In this document: positions 43,992 to 54,446 of the stretch, piece after piece
Numbering within the stretch: position 1 is the first letter of the stretch
Layout of the letters: the number at the start of each line of letters is the position of its first letter
Assembly (NCBI GenBank): GCA_032128875.1
Contig: JAVLKG010000001.1
Location: 256,001-320,000 of the forward strand
Length of the DNA stretch: 64,000 nucleotides
Source: Candidatus Melainabacteria bacterium 17Bon1m
GTDB taxonomy: Bacteria; Cyanobacteriota; Vampirovibrionia; Obscuribacterales; Obscuribacteraceae
Direction of reading: 5' to 3'
Program-made: the position numbers and the translations under genes
Notes under the pieces: generated by a model
Seen by the model: the letters and a program-made list of their open reading frames with translations, nothing else
Database searches by the model: none
What the model was told of the DNA's origin: nothing

Positions 43992-45881
43992 CTATTTCGA
44001 AATACTCTCGTACAGGTCAATCATCGGCTGTTGGTTGAGGTGAATGTAGCCTTTGCCGGGCGAATCCAAGTCGTAAATAAGCTGAATCACGAGTGCAAAA
44101 GTGAGGACGAGCGCGAATTGCGTTGGGAAACTCCGCCTTCCGGTAATCCCGAATTGAAAGCCTATTACAAACATCGAAATGCACGACGACAGCACTAGAA
44201 TCATCCACACGAAAGTGGGGATTCGGAAGTTTGTGCCGAAAGCAATGCGCTTGTTCTGATACTCGACAATGTCCGTGATGCCCTCGGAAAAGAGTGCATA
44301 AATGTCGTTGCTATCCTTCGCCGCCAATTGTTCCGCCTGAGTCCACATCATGCTCGTAATCGCCGCCGTGCGCGCCCGCAGCGAAGCCAGCTGCTCTGGA
44401 TCGCCATAGACATCGCCAATGCTCATTCTGCATTCAACGTAATCACGCAGCAATGACCGCGTGAGGGTTCTATGCGGCTCAGGCACAAGACCTGCGCGCA
44501 TGTACGTCGTCTGAATGGCATTAACGTCACCCATCAGCGCGTCTCTGCGCAAGTCATAGCGGCTTGCAGCAGCTCCGAAAGTCAGCGCGAGAATGAATGC
44601 GAGCAGTGCGAGCACCGCGCCCGATACGGCGCTTACAGCAGCCTCTGATTCACGCTCATTCTCCGGCAGTCTTGCGCGACGAGTACCGAGCCACTGCCCC
44701 GCTTCAATCGAAGCGAAAGTGACAATAATTTGCAGTACGAAGATGCCCCAGAGCGGAACATCCCCAAGAAAATCACCGCTTTCGTCTTTGAGCGAGACCT
44801 CGCGAGTCGACGGCATGATGACGTCGGGTGTTTCAAACTTGCCGGTGGCAAGCCCCTTGGTTGCGGCGTCCAGCAAAGTCTGATCTATCGCTTGTTTAAT
44901 CGGCACCACAGTTTGTGTGTACCCGTGGTCGTGAGACCATTTTGCGCCAAACTCCAGAATGCCGAGAGCCTGTTCATCTAAGTGGAGATCGATTTCCTTT
45001 AGCGACTTTGCGTTGAAATTCGGGTCTTCCTTTGCCGCTGCGTTGAGACAAGCGTTCGTGAAGCCAAACTGTGAATCATCGACATACCACTGATTGACGC
45101 GCGTGCGAGCGTTGTTGAAAAACTCCCACGACTGCGCGATGGCTTGCAAGAATTTGATCGCCGCCTGTCGATTGTTCGCGATGAATTTGTCGGAGACAGA
45201 GACCAAGTAAATCGCGCGGTGCGAACTCAGCAGGCGCGCAGATTTGTCTTCTTGGAAGAGCGAGATGTCCGGCTCCCACACTGCGACTGCGTCGAATTTG
45301 CCCCACTTCTCGCGCCCGCCGGCACCGACTAATTTCTGAATCTCGAAGATGTCCATGTTGACATGCTGGACGTCCTTGTCCGGGTTGAGTCCGGCGGCTT
45401 GCTCTTTCATGGTCGCTTCACGGTGACCGATGGTTCCGAAAGTGCAGGCGACCGTCTTGCCCTTCAGGTCTTTGATTTCTTTGATGGGTGACTCAGGTGG
45501 GACCATCAGCGCCGCGGGGATGTAATGCAGGCGCCCCAAGACTTTCCACTTGCCACCCCGGGCGAGCAGGTTGTTGACCGACTGACCGCTGGAGAACATG
45601 ACGTCAATGTCGCCTCTGAGGGCGGCGGCGACTTCGGGTTCGCCGTAGCTGAAAGGTACGAATGTCGGGTCAAGACCAAGCGTGTCAAGGACGTTGGTGC
45701 GCTTTAGAACCTCAACCAGCTGACCTTGTGTCGATGTCGCCAACTGCCAGCCAATGCGAATTGGGGTTCGCTCTCGCGATGACTTCGCGCTCGGCAACGA
45801 GGTGGAGATGAAGAAAACCAGCAGCAGGAGCGCGACTCCTGACAGGATGGCGGTATAGACTTTGTCTTTCATGGCAGGCAC
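43992..45881 (-). CDS. SsuA/NMT1-type substrate-binding domain fused to DUF4239 bestrophin-like membrane domain
   Basis: IRIGWQ, IKDLKGKTVA, DAVAVWEP; then LALLAFILALTFGAAASRYDLRR...NAIQTTYMRA...DLDSPGKG. Confidence 0.82.
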   Translation of the reverse strand: MPAMKDKVYTAILSGVALLLLVFFISTSLPSAKSSRERTPIRIGWQLATSTQGQLVEVLKRTNVLDTLGLDPTFVPFSYGEPEVAAALRGDIDVMFSSGQSVNNLLARGGKWKVLGRLHYIPAALMVPPESPIKEIKDLKGKTVACTFGTIGHREATMKEQAAGLNPDKDVQHVNMDIFEIQKLVGAGGREKWGKFDAVAVWEPDISLFQEDKSARLLSSHRAIYLVSVSDKFIANNRQAAIKFLQAIAQSWEFFNNARTRVNQWYVDDSQFGFTNACLNAAAKEDPNFNAKSLKEIDLHLDEQALGILEFGAKWSHDHGYTQTVVPIKQAIDQTLLDAATKGLATGKFETPDVIMPSTREVSLKDESGDFLGDVPLWGIFVLQIIVTFASIEAGQWLGTRRARLPENERESEAAVSAVSGAVLALLAFILALTFGAAASRYDLRRDALMGDVNAIQTTYMRAGLVPEPHRTLTRSLLRDYVECRMSIGDVYGDPEQLASLRARTAAITSMMWTQAEQLAAKDSNDIYALFSEGITDIVEYQNKRIAFGTNFRIPTFVWMILVLSSCISMFVIGFQFGITGRRSFPTQFALVLTFALVIQLIYDLDSPGKGYIHLNQQPMIDLYESISK

Positions 45882-45999
45882 AGCTCGTCACGCGGTAGGG
45901 TGCCCTATTATGACAGTAAATGCCGAGGTTAGAGGTGAAAAGCGCCTTGCACAAACATGTTATGGTTTTAGGCATTCCCTAATCATTGAAAGGTTTATT

Positions 46000-46716
46000 T
46001 TGAAAAACCTCCAAGAGCTTTGCCCGCAATACAAAAATGCAAGGCTTGAAAAACTGCAATTGCTAAACTTCGTTTTTGCGGAGATGGATCCACCGTGCCG
46101 GTCATTTGCCGATTTAGGCGGCAACTGGAATGTGGACGGATGCTACACGCATTTTGCTCTAGATCAATACGACATCGAAAAAGCGTTTTTGATCGACACA
46201 GACTTTTCAGATTCAACGATCGAACGATCAAAGTCTTACAAGAATCTTCAGGTAGTGCGTGGAAATTTCGGCGATGCTTCGACTATAGATGCGATCGGTT
46301 CTGTCGACGTCATATTCCTCTTTGATGTGCTGCTGCATCAGGTAAGACCGAATTGGGATGAGATTTTGCGACTGTACTCAACCAAAACAAAAGTGATGGC
46401 TATTTACAATCAGCAGTTCACGAATTTTCAAAGCACTACGAGGCTTCTTGATTTGGGTTGGGACGAATACTTTGCGAATGTGCCGCACACCCGCGAAGAG
46501 TACGCGACCTTGCTGCAAAAAACTTACGAGATACACCCGATCCACAATCGCCCTTATCGAGACCTGCATAATTACTGGCAATGGGCAATTACCGATGATG
46601 ATCTGATTGCGACTGCTCGGAGACTTGGTTTTTCACTGGGCTACTACGCAAACTGTGGACAATTCGGAAATCTGCCTCAATGCGAGGAGCATGCATTCAT
46701 TTTCAGTTGCGGATGA
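46000..46716 (+). CDS. Class I SAM-dependent methyltransferase-like protein
   Basis: SFADLGG, LIDTD, GNFGD, DVIFLFDVLLH; TTG start after GAAAGG. Confidence 0.65.
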   Translation: MKNLQELCPQYKNARLEKLQLLNFVFAEMDPPCRSFADLGGNWNVDGCYTHFALDQYDIEKAFLIDTDFSDSTIERSKSYKNLQVVRGNFGDASTIDAIGSVDVIFLFDVLLHQVRPNWDEILRLYSTKTKVMAIYNQQFTNFQSTTRLLDLGWDEYFANVPHTREEYATLLQKTYEIHPIHNRPYRDLHNYWQWAITDDDLIATARRLGFSLGYYANCGQFGNLPQCEEHAFIFSCG

Positions 46717-46872
46717 GGTATCTCGAGCGCCGCGGGAATGGTGGTAACGCGCAAGAAACATGGAAGTTCTCGCGGATTTGCAGGGCATGCAGAATGCATC
46801 GCTACTGCACAATTCCACATTAATAAAACACATTTTCTCTGCTGCAATGTAATTTTTTGCGGAGCTTGAGCT

Positions 46873-47478
46873 ATGGAAGAAAATGAAGACGAATTTCTAT
46901 TGGATGAAGATTTTAGCGATTTTGATTACGGATACTCCGTCTCTGAGCCTTGCGCTTCGTATGATGTGACTATCGAAAGTCGAAGTGTCAAAGATCCTCT
47001 AGTAGAGAAGGCTCCTCCACTAATTGACGACATTGCGGTGAACAAGTGGTTGTCTAGACCGTTTCGATATTCCAAGCGCGGCAAGAACTGGGAGTACTAT
47101 CAACAAATTGGAAGGGAAGGAGAACAGAGAGTCTTGGAATTTGAAAAAGCGCGATTGCGAAAAGCGAACCGCCCCGACTTGGCCGAGAAAGTTCGAACCA
47201 CAGAAGAAGAAGTTGCAGATATTTTTGACATTCACTCGTTTGATGCCGATGGCGAGCCAATTTTCATCGAAGTGAAAACAACTGATGAGAGCAGCTTGCA
47301 CCCATTCATTGTTAGTGAGCGGCAAATTGCAGCTTCTGAATTACACGGAGAAAAGTATCGGCTCTATCGCGTCTACAAAGTCAGAAGCGCGGCTGAGTTT
47401 TTCGTTCTGCGCGGACCGCTGAGTATGAGTTCTCGAACAGCGGTAAAGGCTCTTTGGTGTTGGCCTGAAAGTCACTAG
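46873..47478 (+). CDS. DUF3883 PD-(D/E)xK nuclease-domain protein
   Basis: IGREGEQRV, FDIHSF, FIEVKTT, YRLYRV. Confidence 0.88.
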   Translation: MEENEDEFLLDEDFSDFDYGYSVSEPCASYDVTIESRSVKDPLVEKAPPLIDDIAVNKWLSRPFRYSKRGKNWEYYQQIGREGEQRVLEFEKARLRKANRPDLAEKVRTTEEEVADIFDIHSFDADGEPIFIEVKTTDESSLHPFIVSERQIAASELHGEKYRLYRVYKVRSAAEFFVLRGPLSMSSRTAVKALWCWPESH

Positions 47479-47788
47479 CCTTCTTTCGAATTAATGACCT
47501 TTGGGTTATGAGACCAACAGGTTGATGATTTGCCCTTGAGAATTCCAGTTTACGACCTCATGGTTCGTAGCCATGCGTCCCCCCATCGGTTTACTTCTGG
47601 TATCTGCTTGTCAATTGGCGATTGAGTCATGGCATCTTCGCAGAGCGAACACGATTTTGGAGACACTATTGTAGTCCCAGGTGGACGATTCTTCCGTGGG
47701 ATAGACTTGCCCTGTCTCTTGGATGACCCGCCACAGGCATGGCAATAACCAACTTGCCAGATTTGACAACCGGCCTTATCGTTTAAGC

Positions 47789-48178
47789 ATGAAGTCTTTT
47801 CTCGCATTATTGCTCTGCCTAATTACTGTTTGCCCGTTGGTTCAAGCTCAGGGCTTGCCAGGGACGAGCTCGTTGAATCGATCTCCGCGTGGCGGAACAT
47901 CGGCCGGTGGTCCGCTTTTGCCTGGAAAGACGGATGCCGAGCGCTGGTCATTTCTACAGGCGCACGAACGATCCTTCCTTGGAAAGTCCAAGCACGAAAT
48001 CGTCACTATCATTGGAAAACAAGGTGGTCCAGGCTTGGAAAGAAATCAGCTCGTGGATCAATTGACCGAAGGAAAGCCAAGAAGAGCGGGCAAGGTCGCG
48101 CACGTCGAATTGGCAATCACTTTTGACGACAATCAAAAGTGCTGTAAATACGCCATCGTGGCAGTGAATTGGCTTTAA
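47789..48178 (+). CDS. Secreted hypothetical protein
   Basis: Signal peptide MKSFLALLLCL; LGKSKHEIVTIIG (SmpA/OmlA-like pattern). Confidence 0.6.
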   Translation: MKSFLALLLCLITVCPLVQAQGLPGTSSLNRSPRGGTSAGGPLLPGKTDAERWSFLQAHERSFLGKSKHEIVTIIGKQGGPGLERNQLVDQLTEGKPRRAGKVAHVELAITFDDNQKCCKYAIVAVNWL

Positions 48179-48413
48179 TACCCACCTTGCTCATCTTGGT
48201 CCTGAGAATCGGATCTTGTTTTAAGCGACGTTCTAGCTCAGCATGTGCCTCAGCCCAGTCAGCGGCATAGGTTGGTTGGGTTGATTTTTTGTCTTTCATT
48301 CGCCCGAAAATCACACCCACAAGTAGCGACCACTTTCGAGAACTAGTGTTTTCTCTATCGCAGAGATGGACATGCCGAATTAAGATTGAAGCTAGCCCAT
48401 TGTCAAAAGTTTT

Positions 48414-49433
48414 GTGGTGTTTGCTATGTTGTACAGCCGAGTTCACTTGATGCTCATGTTGGCGCTTATTCTGTATCCCGTATCCGTTCATGCACAAGGG
48501 CGAGGGGACTTTTTCGAGCGTGAAAAAAGGTTGACGGCAAATCTCAATCAGATAAAAGTGCACAAGGACTCCCACTCTAAAACAGGGGTGTATATTCCGG
48601 AAAATCTGGACGATGCTCTCAAAGAACTTGATTCGATGTTTCCTGAAGCAACCAAGAAAGCTATCAGAAGTGCACCCAAAGAAGACATGATTGTTTTTCA
48701 TCATGGACTCGGCACGTGGCTTCGCAATAACTGGCAACTTTGGGGGGGAGGGCGACTAGCGAAGTATTTTAACTCGGTAGGAATCTATCATCCCGACGAC
48801 ATTTCCGGCACGATATTTGATGCTTACTGGTCGAAGCTTAATGGCAAGTCTGAGGATGTCTCGGCAAAAGCGGCATATTACAAATCCTATTGGGATGGAC
48901 TGCGGCCGGTAGTAGCTGTTGGTATCAAGATTCCAGCAACGGTTAGGGAGCTATCAATGCAAAGCCCAAGCGGTAAAACCGTGTTCGTTCGCGACATTAC
49001 TCCATTAGCCCCCGTCACCGTTCTGTCTATATGTAGCAACTCTGATGTAGATTCTCCCAGAATAATGCAGGCATTGACAGAACTAAGGTCAGATTACAAA
49101 ACAACTGACGTGAGTTTAATCACAGTGGTCACCGATAGCTCGCGTGGTGCGATGATTAAGGTTGCGGACATGGCAGCAGAAAAAGCAATAACTGCAAGTG
49201 AGCTTGTCGAGAATCTAAGGCGTTCGAAGGTGATGCAATATGAGGCTCACTCAAATTTCGTGCTACAACTTCGGGTTGCGCTTAAACTTGACGCCATCAT
49301 AATTCCGCAAACGCTAGTAATTGACAGAAACGAGACAATTGTTAAAAGGCTGAATGGCTTCAACAACGATTCGAAAAGCGCACTTGCAAAAATCATCGAT
49401 GAGGTGCTCTCAGGGGCGCGCACTAAAATATGA
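48414..49433 (+). CDS. Secreted DUF6794 protein with degenerate thioredoxin-like C-terminus
   Basis: YIPENLDDA, HHGLGTWLRNNW, HPDDIS; IPQTLVIDRNETIV, no CxxC. Confidence 0.75.
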   Translation: MVFAMLYSRVHLMLMLALILYPVSVHAQGRGDFFEREKRLTANLNQIKVHKDSHSKTGVYIPENLDDALKELDSMFPEATKKAIRSAPKEDMIVFHHGLGTWLRNNWQLWGGGRLAKYFNSVGIYHPDDISGTIFDAYWSKLNGKSEDVSAKAAYYKSYWDGLRPVVAVGIKIPATVRELSMQSPSGKTVFVRDITPLAPVTVLSICSNSDVDSPRIMQALTELRSDYKTTDVSLITVVTDSSRGAMIKVADMAAEKAITASELVENLRRSKVMQYEAHSNFVLQLRVALKLDAIIIPQTLVIDRNETIVKRLNGFNNDSKSALAKIIDEVLSGARTKI

Positions 49434-49844
49434 GAGGCACCACTACATGTGGTGCCTCTCGCGATATTGCCTTAGAAAATGGTATGTCCGAACTCGGTCA
49501 ACGTACGTTATCAAAAAGAGGCGTTGTTGCCATCATTAAACACTAATTTTTGACTTCGCCGGAAACCATTTCATCGGGCCCGTACTCAGTGTTTATGCGG
49601 TTCTTGTCTATTTCAATTTCCATTTTTATTATGATAAATCGATTCGAGCCCCCCGTAATTTGTTAACCATTTTTTCAGCATTTCATTAGGTGCGTTGGTG
49701 CGCCTAGAAGACGGCAGCAACAAGATAGTTTCTGAAATTATTAGTACGCGGATGCCACAATTGCAAATCTCCTCTTTTAGGATGAAGCGAACTTCCTCTA
49801 AGGCTGCTAAGTTTTCATTGTCGGTTTAAGAAGTTAGCAGACCC

Positions 49845-50264
49845 ATGAATCAAAGTTCTAGAAAAACAGCAGGCACGAACATTGAATGTCCGATTTCGCG
49901 GTTGCTAGAAATCATTTCGGCTAAATGGACAGTTGAGATTCTAAGAGAAATCTCTATCGCCCCGACGCGCACAAGACAATTCCTGCGCTTGATTCCTGGG
50001 CTGAGTATGAAGAGTTTGCAGTTTCGCTTGAAAGAACTCGAGAGGTTTGGATTGCTTGAGCGAATCGAATATGACCAATTACCCCGGCATGTCGAGCATT
50101 CAATTACAGAGCGCGGTAAGAAGGCAATTGCTATCTACATGTCGATAAAAGAGCTTGCAGACGAAGTATTTCCTGTGGCTTGCCAATGCCCGATGGGGCA
50201 AATCGACGCTCAACAGGGCTGCAGTGATGCAGTTTGTCCTAACAGACCAGTTGATCGCTTTTAG
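49845..50264 (+). CDS. HxlR-family winged-helix regulator
   Basis: CPISRLLEIISAKWTVEILREI, LKELE, PRHVEHSITERG; Cys-rich tail. Confidence 0.9.
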   Translation: MNQSSRKTAGTNIECPISRLLEIISAKWTVEILREISIAPTRTRQFLRLIPGLSMKSLQFRLKELERFGLLERIEYDQLPRHVEHSITERGKKAIAIYMSIKELADEVFPVACQCPMGQIDAQQGCSDAVCPNRPVDRF

Positions 50265-50371
50265 GCGACAATCCGCTCGAACGCTAGGCGACAATTGGCT
50301 TGACGATTTTTTAGGCGTCAATCGGACTGACGCTTGTAGGTCACAACCGGTCTGAAGACCATAGCTGCATT

Positions 50372-51805
50372 CTATTCGGTCAGCTGCGGAACCTTGCTTT
50401 GCAGATAGGCAAGCACGTCTGACGCTGAATATGACTTCTTGTCGTTTGAAAGCAGGTTTTTGACAGAAGCCAGGTGTTTGCCAGCGGTCACGAGTGGGGG
50501 CTCCTTGTAGCCATCACTCTGAATTTGCGCAAAACCTACCGTCGACATAAGCCCGTTGCACAAGCACTTCCTTCCGCAGGTTTCTTCTTCCAGTCCCTCT
50601 TTGCGCACATATGCCTCAACAGGCTCGCCCGGGCAGCGAAAACCGACGCTTCCGTTCTCCTTCTTGTAGGCTTGGCGCAAATATCCCAAATCACAAATAC
50701 GCCGCCGGTCAAGATAGATTTGTTCGTTGGACAGTGAATCTTCGAGACGCACGACTTTGAAGGGGTACTTCGAAGCTGAGGCGACGGGGTCGGTAAAAAC
50801 TTCTGGCTCGCCGTTTTTTACCAGATCAATGACTTGTTTTTTTATATCGTCTGTTATTCCAGACTCGTCGCAAAACGCGAAAATGCTTCCGGCCTGAATG
50901 CCGTTGGCGCCAGACTCGAGCGACTTCTGAAAGCCTTCGGGAGTGCCATATCCTCCTGCTAGCCAGAAAGGCAAGCCAATCCGTTTGAAGGCTTCGATGT
51001 CGATCTCGTCTTTGGGTCCATAAATTGGTTCACCGCGCTCATCCGTTTTTATGCCTCCACGAGGAGGAGCATTGTGTCCGCCTGCGCAGTGATGCTCGAC
51101 AACAAAGCCGTCCACGCTGCCACTTGCTTTTTTCGATAAAGATTGTGCCAGTACCGCGGATGAGACAATTGCCAAAAACAGAGGACGCTTCAAATTCGTT
51201 GTAGCCAGACCATATCTTTGTGGATCAAATTTCACTTCATAATGATCGTCGGCGTCGCGCCCTTCAACGTCGATTTTCAAACTGACGGCCTGCATTTGAC
51301 TGAGTTGGTCGAGAATGCCCGGTATGGACTTTGGAATACCTGCACCCATCAATACGTAATCTACTCCAGCCAGCATGGCACCAAATAGCGACGGCAAGGT
51401 AGGCAGGTCTATTTTTGTCAGATAGTTGATTCCGACTACGCCGTCGTGTCCTTCTTTGGCAAGAAACACTTCAACAAAATTAGCCAGAATCGTCAATCCG
51501 ATCAGATCTTCATTGGAGTTGAGTCCATGCATGGGCACTGTCTTATACGGCTCACGCTCAGCCTTTCCACCTTCTATGAAATAAGTGTTGAGAACTTGCT
51601 GGGAGATCTTCTTAATAGGAAATTGTTCGATTGCTCTGCGAAAGTGCCCAAGCTTATCGCCGTCTTGCAGGCGCCTTGCCAGAATCGTATCGATCATCGT
51701 ACCCGAGACCACTCCAAGTTGCCCGGACTGAGAGACTGCCTTTGCCAATTGATAGTTTGATACGGCAACGCCCATGCCACCTTGAATGATCTTGGGATAA
51801 AACAT
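50372..51805 (-). CDS. Nitronate monooxygenase/FabK-like FMN oxidoreductase
   Basis: IIQGGMGV, MGAGIP, AGGHNAPP, WLAGG, CDLGYL, CLCNGL. Confidence 0.9.
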   Translation of the reverse strand: MFYPKIIQGGMGVAVSNYQLAKAVSQSGQLGVVSGTMIDTILARRLQDGDKLGHFRRAIEQFPIKKISQQVLNTYFIEGGKAEREPYKTVPMHGLNSNEDLIGLTILANFVEVFLAKEGHDGVVGINYLTKIDLPTLPSLFGAMLAGVDYVLMGAGIPKSIPGILDQLSQMQAVSLKIDVEGRDADDHYEVKFDPQRYGLATTNLKRPLFLAIVSSAVLAQSLSKKASGSVDGFVVEHHCAGGHNAPPRGGIKTDERGEPIYGPKDEIDIEAFKRIGLPFWLAGGYGTPEGFQKSLESGANGIQAGSIFAFCDESGITDDIKKQVIDLVKNGEPEVFTDPVASASKYPFKVVRLEDSLSNEQIYLDRRRICDLGYLRQAYKKENGSVGFRCPGEPVEAYVRKEGLEEETCGRKCLCNGLMSTVGFAQIQSDGYKEPPLVTAGKHLASVKNLLSNDKKSYSASDVLAYLQSKVPQLTE

Positions 51806-52541
51806 ACTTCTAGGCTCCTTCACTATCCGCTCGACAGGAATGACTGGGTCTGCGTGATTGTCTTCCTGTCTGCCTTCCAATCATGGTCAAAGCCTAGCAA
51901 AGACCGAACAGTTCAACCATGATTACCTTGAGGTGCCCACCCTTTGATGATGCTGGCAATCAGCTTATGTAGGCATTCTCGCGCAGTGTATCGGAGTGAT
52001 AACAACTACTTTTCACGCTTTTAAATGGGCGTTGAAGAACACTCAAGGTGGTGGTTACCTGAAGGTTCTCACCCTCGTGGTGATATGGTCGAATTGCTCG
52101 TATATACAGGTTCTTCTTGCTGATACCGCGGCGGAATCAATAGGCAACGATGCTTCGCAGCTACGATTAAGTGTCCCAACTCATCCCTGAGAACGATCGA
52201 GCAGTCATACCCGGGAATGATGAAGCCAGTCGGCAGAGACGTTCTCGCACAGCCCAGGCGCTTTTCAGGCGCGATCAATATCAAACATGTGAGACGCTTG
52301 TTCAGAACAGAAAAGATTTGAAACCCTCTACTATTGCCTGGTTTGAACGAATCTGCCCTTTTGTGCACACGAGTGAATTATAAAGTTTGTGGAGAAAGTC
52401 GCAGTTTTGTAAAACCAGAAAGGCACTGGTCATCTATGTTTTCACTCTGTTGCTATGATATCGCCGTGAGCGCGAAGCGAGTAAAAAACGAATCGATTAA
52501 ATGCAGGTCGCTCTCGGTAACCCAGAAAGAAGGTGTCTCAT

Positions 52542-52634
52542 ATGGAAGCATGGACTATTGTCGCTGTAGTGGTTATACCGGTCGTGGTATTTCTTGGTGT
52601 CATCGCGACGGTCAGATACATCGGCGCCAATTAG
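52542..52634 (+). CDS. 30-aa single-TM small protein upstream of the respiratory operon
   Basis: GAAGGTG SD; MEAWTIVAVVVIPVVVFLGVIATVRYIGAN*. Confidence 0.6.
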   Translation: MEAWTIVAVVVIPVVVFLGVIATVRYIGAN

Positions 52635-52767
52635 GGCGTCGCACAAGCTATAGATCTTTCAGCATTTAGGGACGACAGCAGTGTTGTTGTTATCCCGGTT
52701 CAAGCTTGTTTCGGCAAGCTGAAAAATGTGTGTGCAGAAAATTACGAATCACAGCATTGAGTGAGTC

Positions 52768-53934
52768 ATGGACCCAACGACAATAATTCCTAATTATCAA
52801 CCGTTGCCTCTGCCTGCGCCGCTATGGTTATTGCAGACATTGCTCGTGGTTGGATTCTTTTTGCATGTCATTCCTATGAATATGACATTGGGCGGCTCGA
52901 TGCTGTCGAGTTTTCTGTTGATAAAGGGCGGCAGCGATAAGACTTCTTACGCATTCCGCGCAGGAAAAGGCTTGGCTTCAGCGCTGCCCATATGCATTTC
53001 GTTTGCCATCACCCAGGGTATTGTTCCACTTCTGTTTTTGCAGTTGCTGTACGGACCAGCCTATTACACTTCCTCTATTGTTATGGCTGTTCCCTGGATT
53101 TCTCTTTTGGGGCTCTTGTTAATTTGCTATTACGGCACTTATTTGATCACATATCGCGTGTTGCATACTAATGAACACGCCGATGGAAGTGGTATCAAAG
53201 CCGGTGCCATAATGCTGCTGGTCGCGCTTGGGCTGGCGGGGATTGGATTTCTATTTTCCAATAACATGACGCTCATGCTCACGCCTGAAAAGTGGGTACA
53301 ACTCTACAAGTCCAGCGCTTCCGGGTTGCACCTCAACTTGGGCGAACGCCAACTTTGGCCGCGTTATTTGCACTTCGCTCTGTCCGCAGTCGCTGTCGGT
53401 GGATTGACGCTCGGCGCTTTTGGACTTTATTTCAGCAAGCGAGAGCCGGAATATTCCACCTGGCTGATTAAGACTGGTTCGCGAATTGTTGCGGGCATAA
53501 CAGCTCTTCAAGTACTTGTGGGATTTGCTTTCCTCTTTGCCCTTCCATCTGTGGCGACGAAAAATCTTCTAGGTGGCGAACCAATTGGAGCACTTTCGTT
53601 AGCTGTTTCTGTAGCACTGTCTGTGGTGGTCCTCGTATCCACCAGTATTGCAGCAGTTACTGGCAGTAACAAAGCATTCTTAACGGGCATGCTCTCGACG
53701 ATTGTTGTGATTCTCACCATGATTGTCACCCGCCACATGCTTCGCGTTTACAGCCTGCACCCGCATTTCCGGCCTGATTCGTTGCCGGTTTCGGTTCAAT
53801 GGGACATCCTGATTGCTTTCCTTGTCTGCGCTGCGGGTTTGATTGCCTACCTTACCTGGCTAACGCGTACAGTTTGGAGAGCGTTCAATCCTCCTGAAAT
53901 TACCTTCCAGCCAAAGGTGGAGACAACAGTATGA
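52768..53934 (+). CDS. Polytopic membrane protein, partner subunit of cytochrome bd-like oxidase
   Basis: About 9 TM helices; FFLHVIPMN, GIVPLLFLQLLYG, RYLHF; ATGA overlap with Rieske gene. Confidence 0.7.
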   Translation: MDPTTIIPNYQPLPLPAPLWLLQTLLVVGFFLHVIPMNMTLGGSMLSSFLLIKGGSDKTSYAFRAGKGLASALPICISFAITQGIVPLLFLQLLYGPAYYTSSIVMAVPWISLLGLLLICYYGTYLITYRVLHTNEHADGSGIKAGAIMLLVALGLAGIGFLFSNNMTLMLTPEKWVQLYKSSASGLHLNLGERQLWPRYLHFALSAVAVGGLTLGAFGLYFSKREPEYSTWLIKTGSRIVAGITALQVLVGFAFLFALPSVATKNLLGGEPIGALSLAVSVALSVVVLVSTSIAAVTGSNKAFLTGMLSTIVVILTMIVTRHMLRVYSLHPHFRPDSLPVSVQWDILIAFLVCAAGLIAYLTWLTRTVWRAFNPPEITFQPKVETTV

Positions 53935-54434
53935 ATACACCAGAGAAAGAATCTGCCGTAGCGAGCGAAGACAACAGTCCAGAAGTCCAGAGCGCTGATG
54001 TGTCGCGCTCCTGCTTTCTGCGAGGTTCGGTTGGGCTGTTCGCGCTTGCCTGGAGCATCATGGCGGCTTATCCTCTCTACCTCTATCTGAAGCCTTCCGG
54101 GAAAGACGAGTCGGCAGAAAGTCATGTCAGCAGCGTGGATCTCGGTCAGAAAGATTCCATAGTCCCTGGTGGCGGCAAAAACTTCAGATTCGGCAGTACA
54201 CCGGCGATCATCACGCGGTCTATCGATGGAGACTTTCATGCATTCAACGCTATCTGCACTCACCTGGGCTGTACCGTCCAATACCGAATGGAGAAAAAGG
54301 AAATTTGGTGCGCTTGCCATGGTGGCTGCTATGACGCCAGCACTGGAAAAAATATTTCCGGACCCCCGCCAAAACCGCTCAAGCCTCTAAAAGTTGATCT
54401 GGTTAACGACAAAATTATTGTTTCCAAAGCCTGA
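53931..54434 (+). CDS. Rieske 2Fe-2S subunit of cytochrome bc complex
   Basis: CTHLGC, CACHGG, GPPPKPL, N-terminal TM. Confidence 0.95.
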   Translation: MNTPEKESAVASEDNSPEVQSADVSRSCFLRGSVGLFALAWSIMAAYPLYLYLKPSGKDESAESHVSSVDLGQKDSIVPGGGKNFRFGSTPAIITRSIDGDFHAFNAICTHLGCTVQYRMEKKEIWCACHGGCYDASTGKNISGPPPKPLKPLKVDLVNDKIIVSKA

Positions 54435-54446
54435 GATGGTGCCCCT

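Noticed and set aside
49560-49660. Possible att-site/tRNA remnant (GATTCGAGCCCCC), with GGGGCGCCA near 41966, bounding a 42-49 kb island
   Set aside because: Matches are too short, do not repeat each other, and no integrase is present
51880-52540. Long intergenic region before the respiratory operon as ncRNA or FNR/Rex-regulated promoter
   Set aside because: No convincing consensus site or stable structure found by eye; short ORFs there lack support
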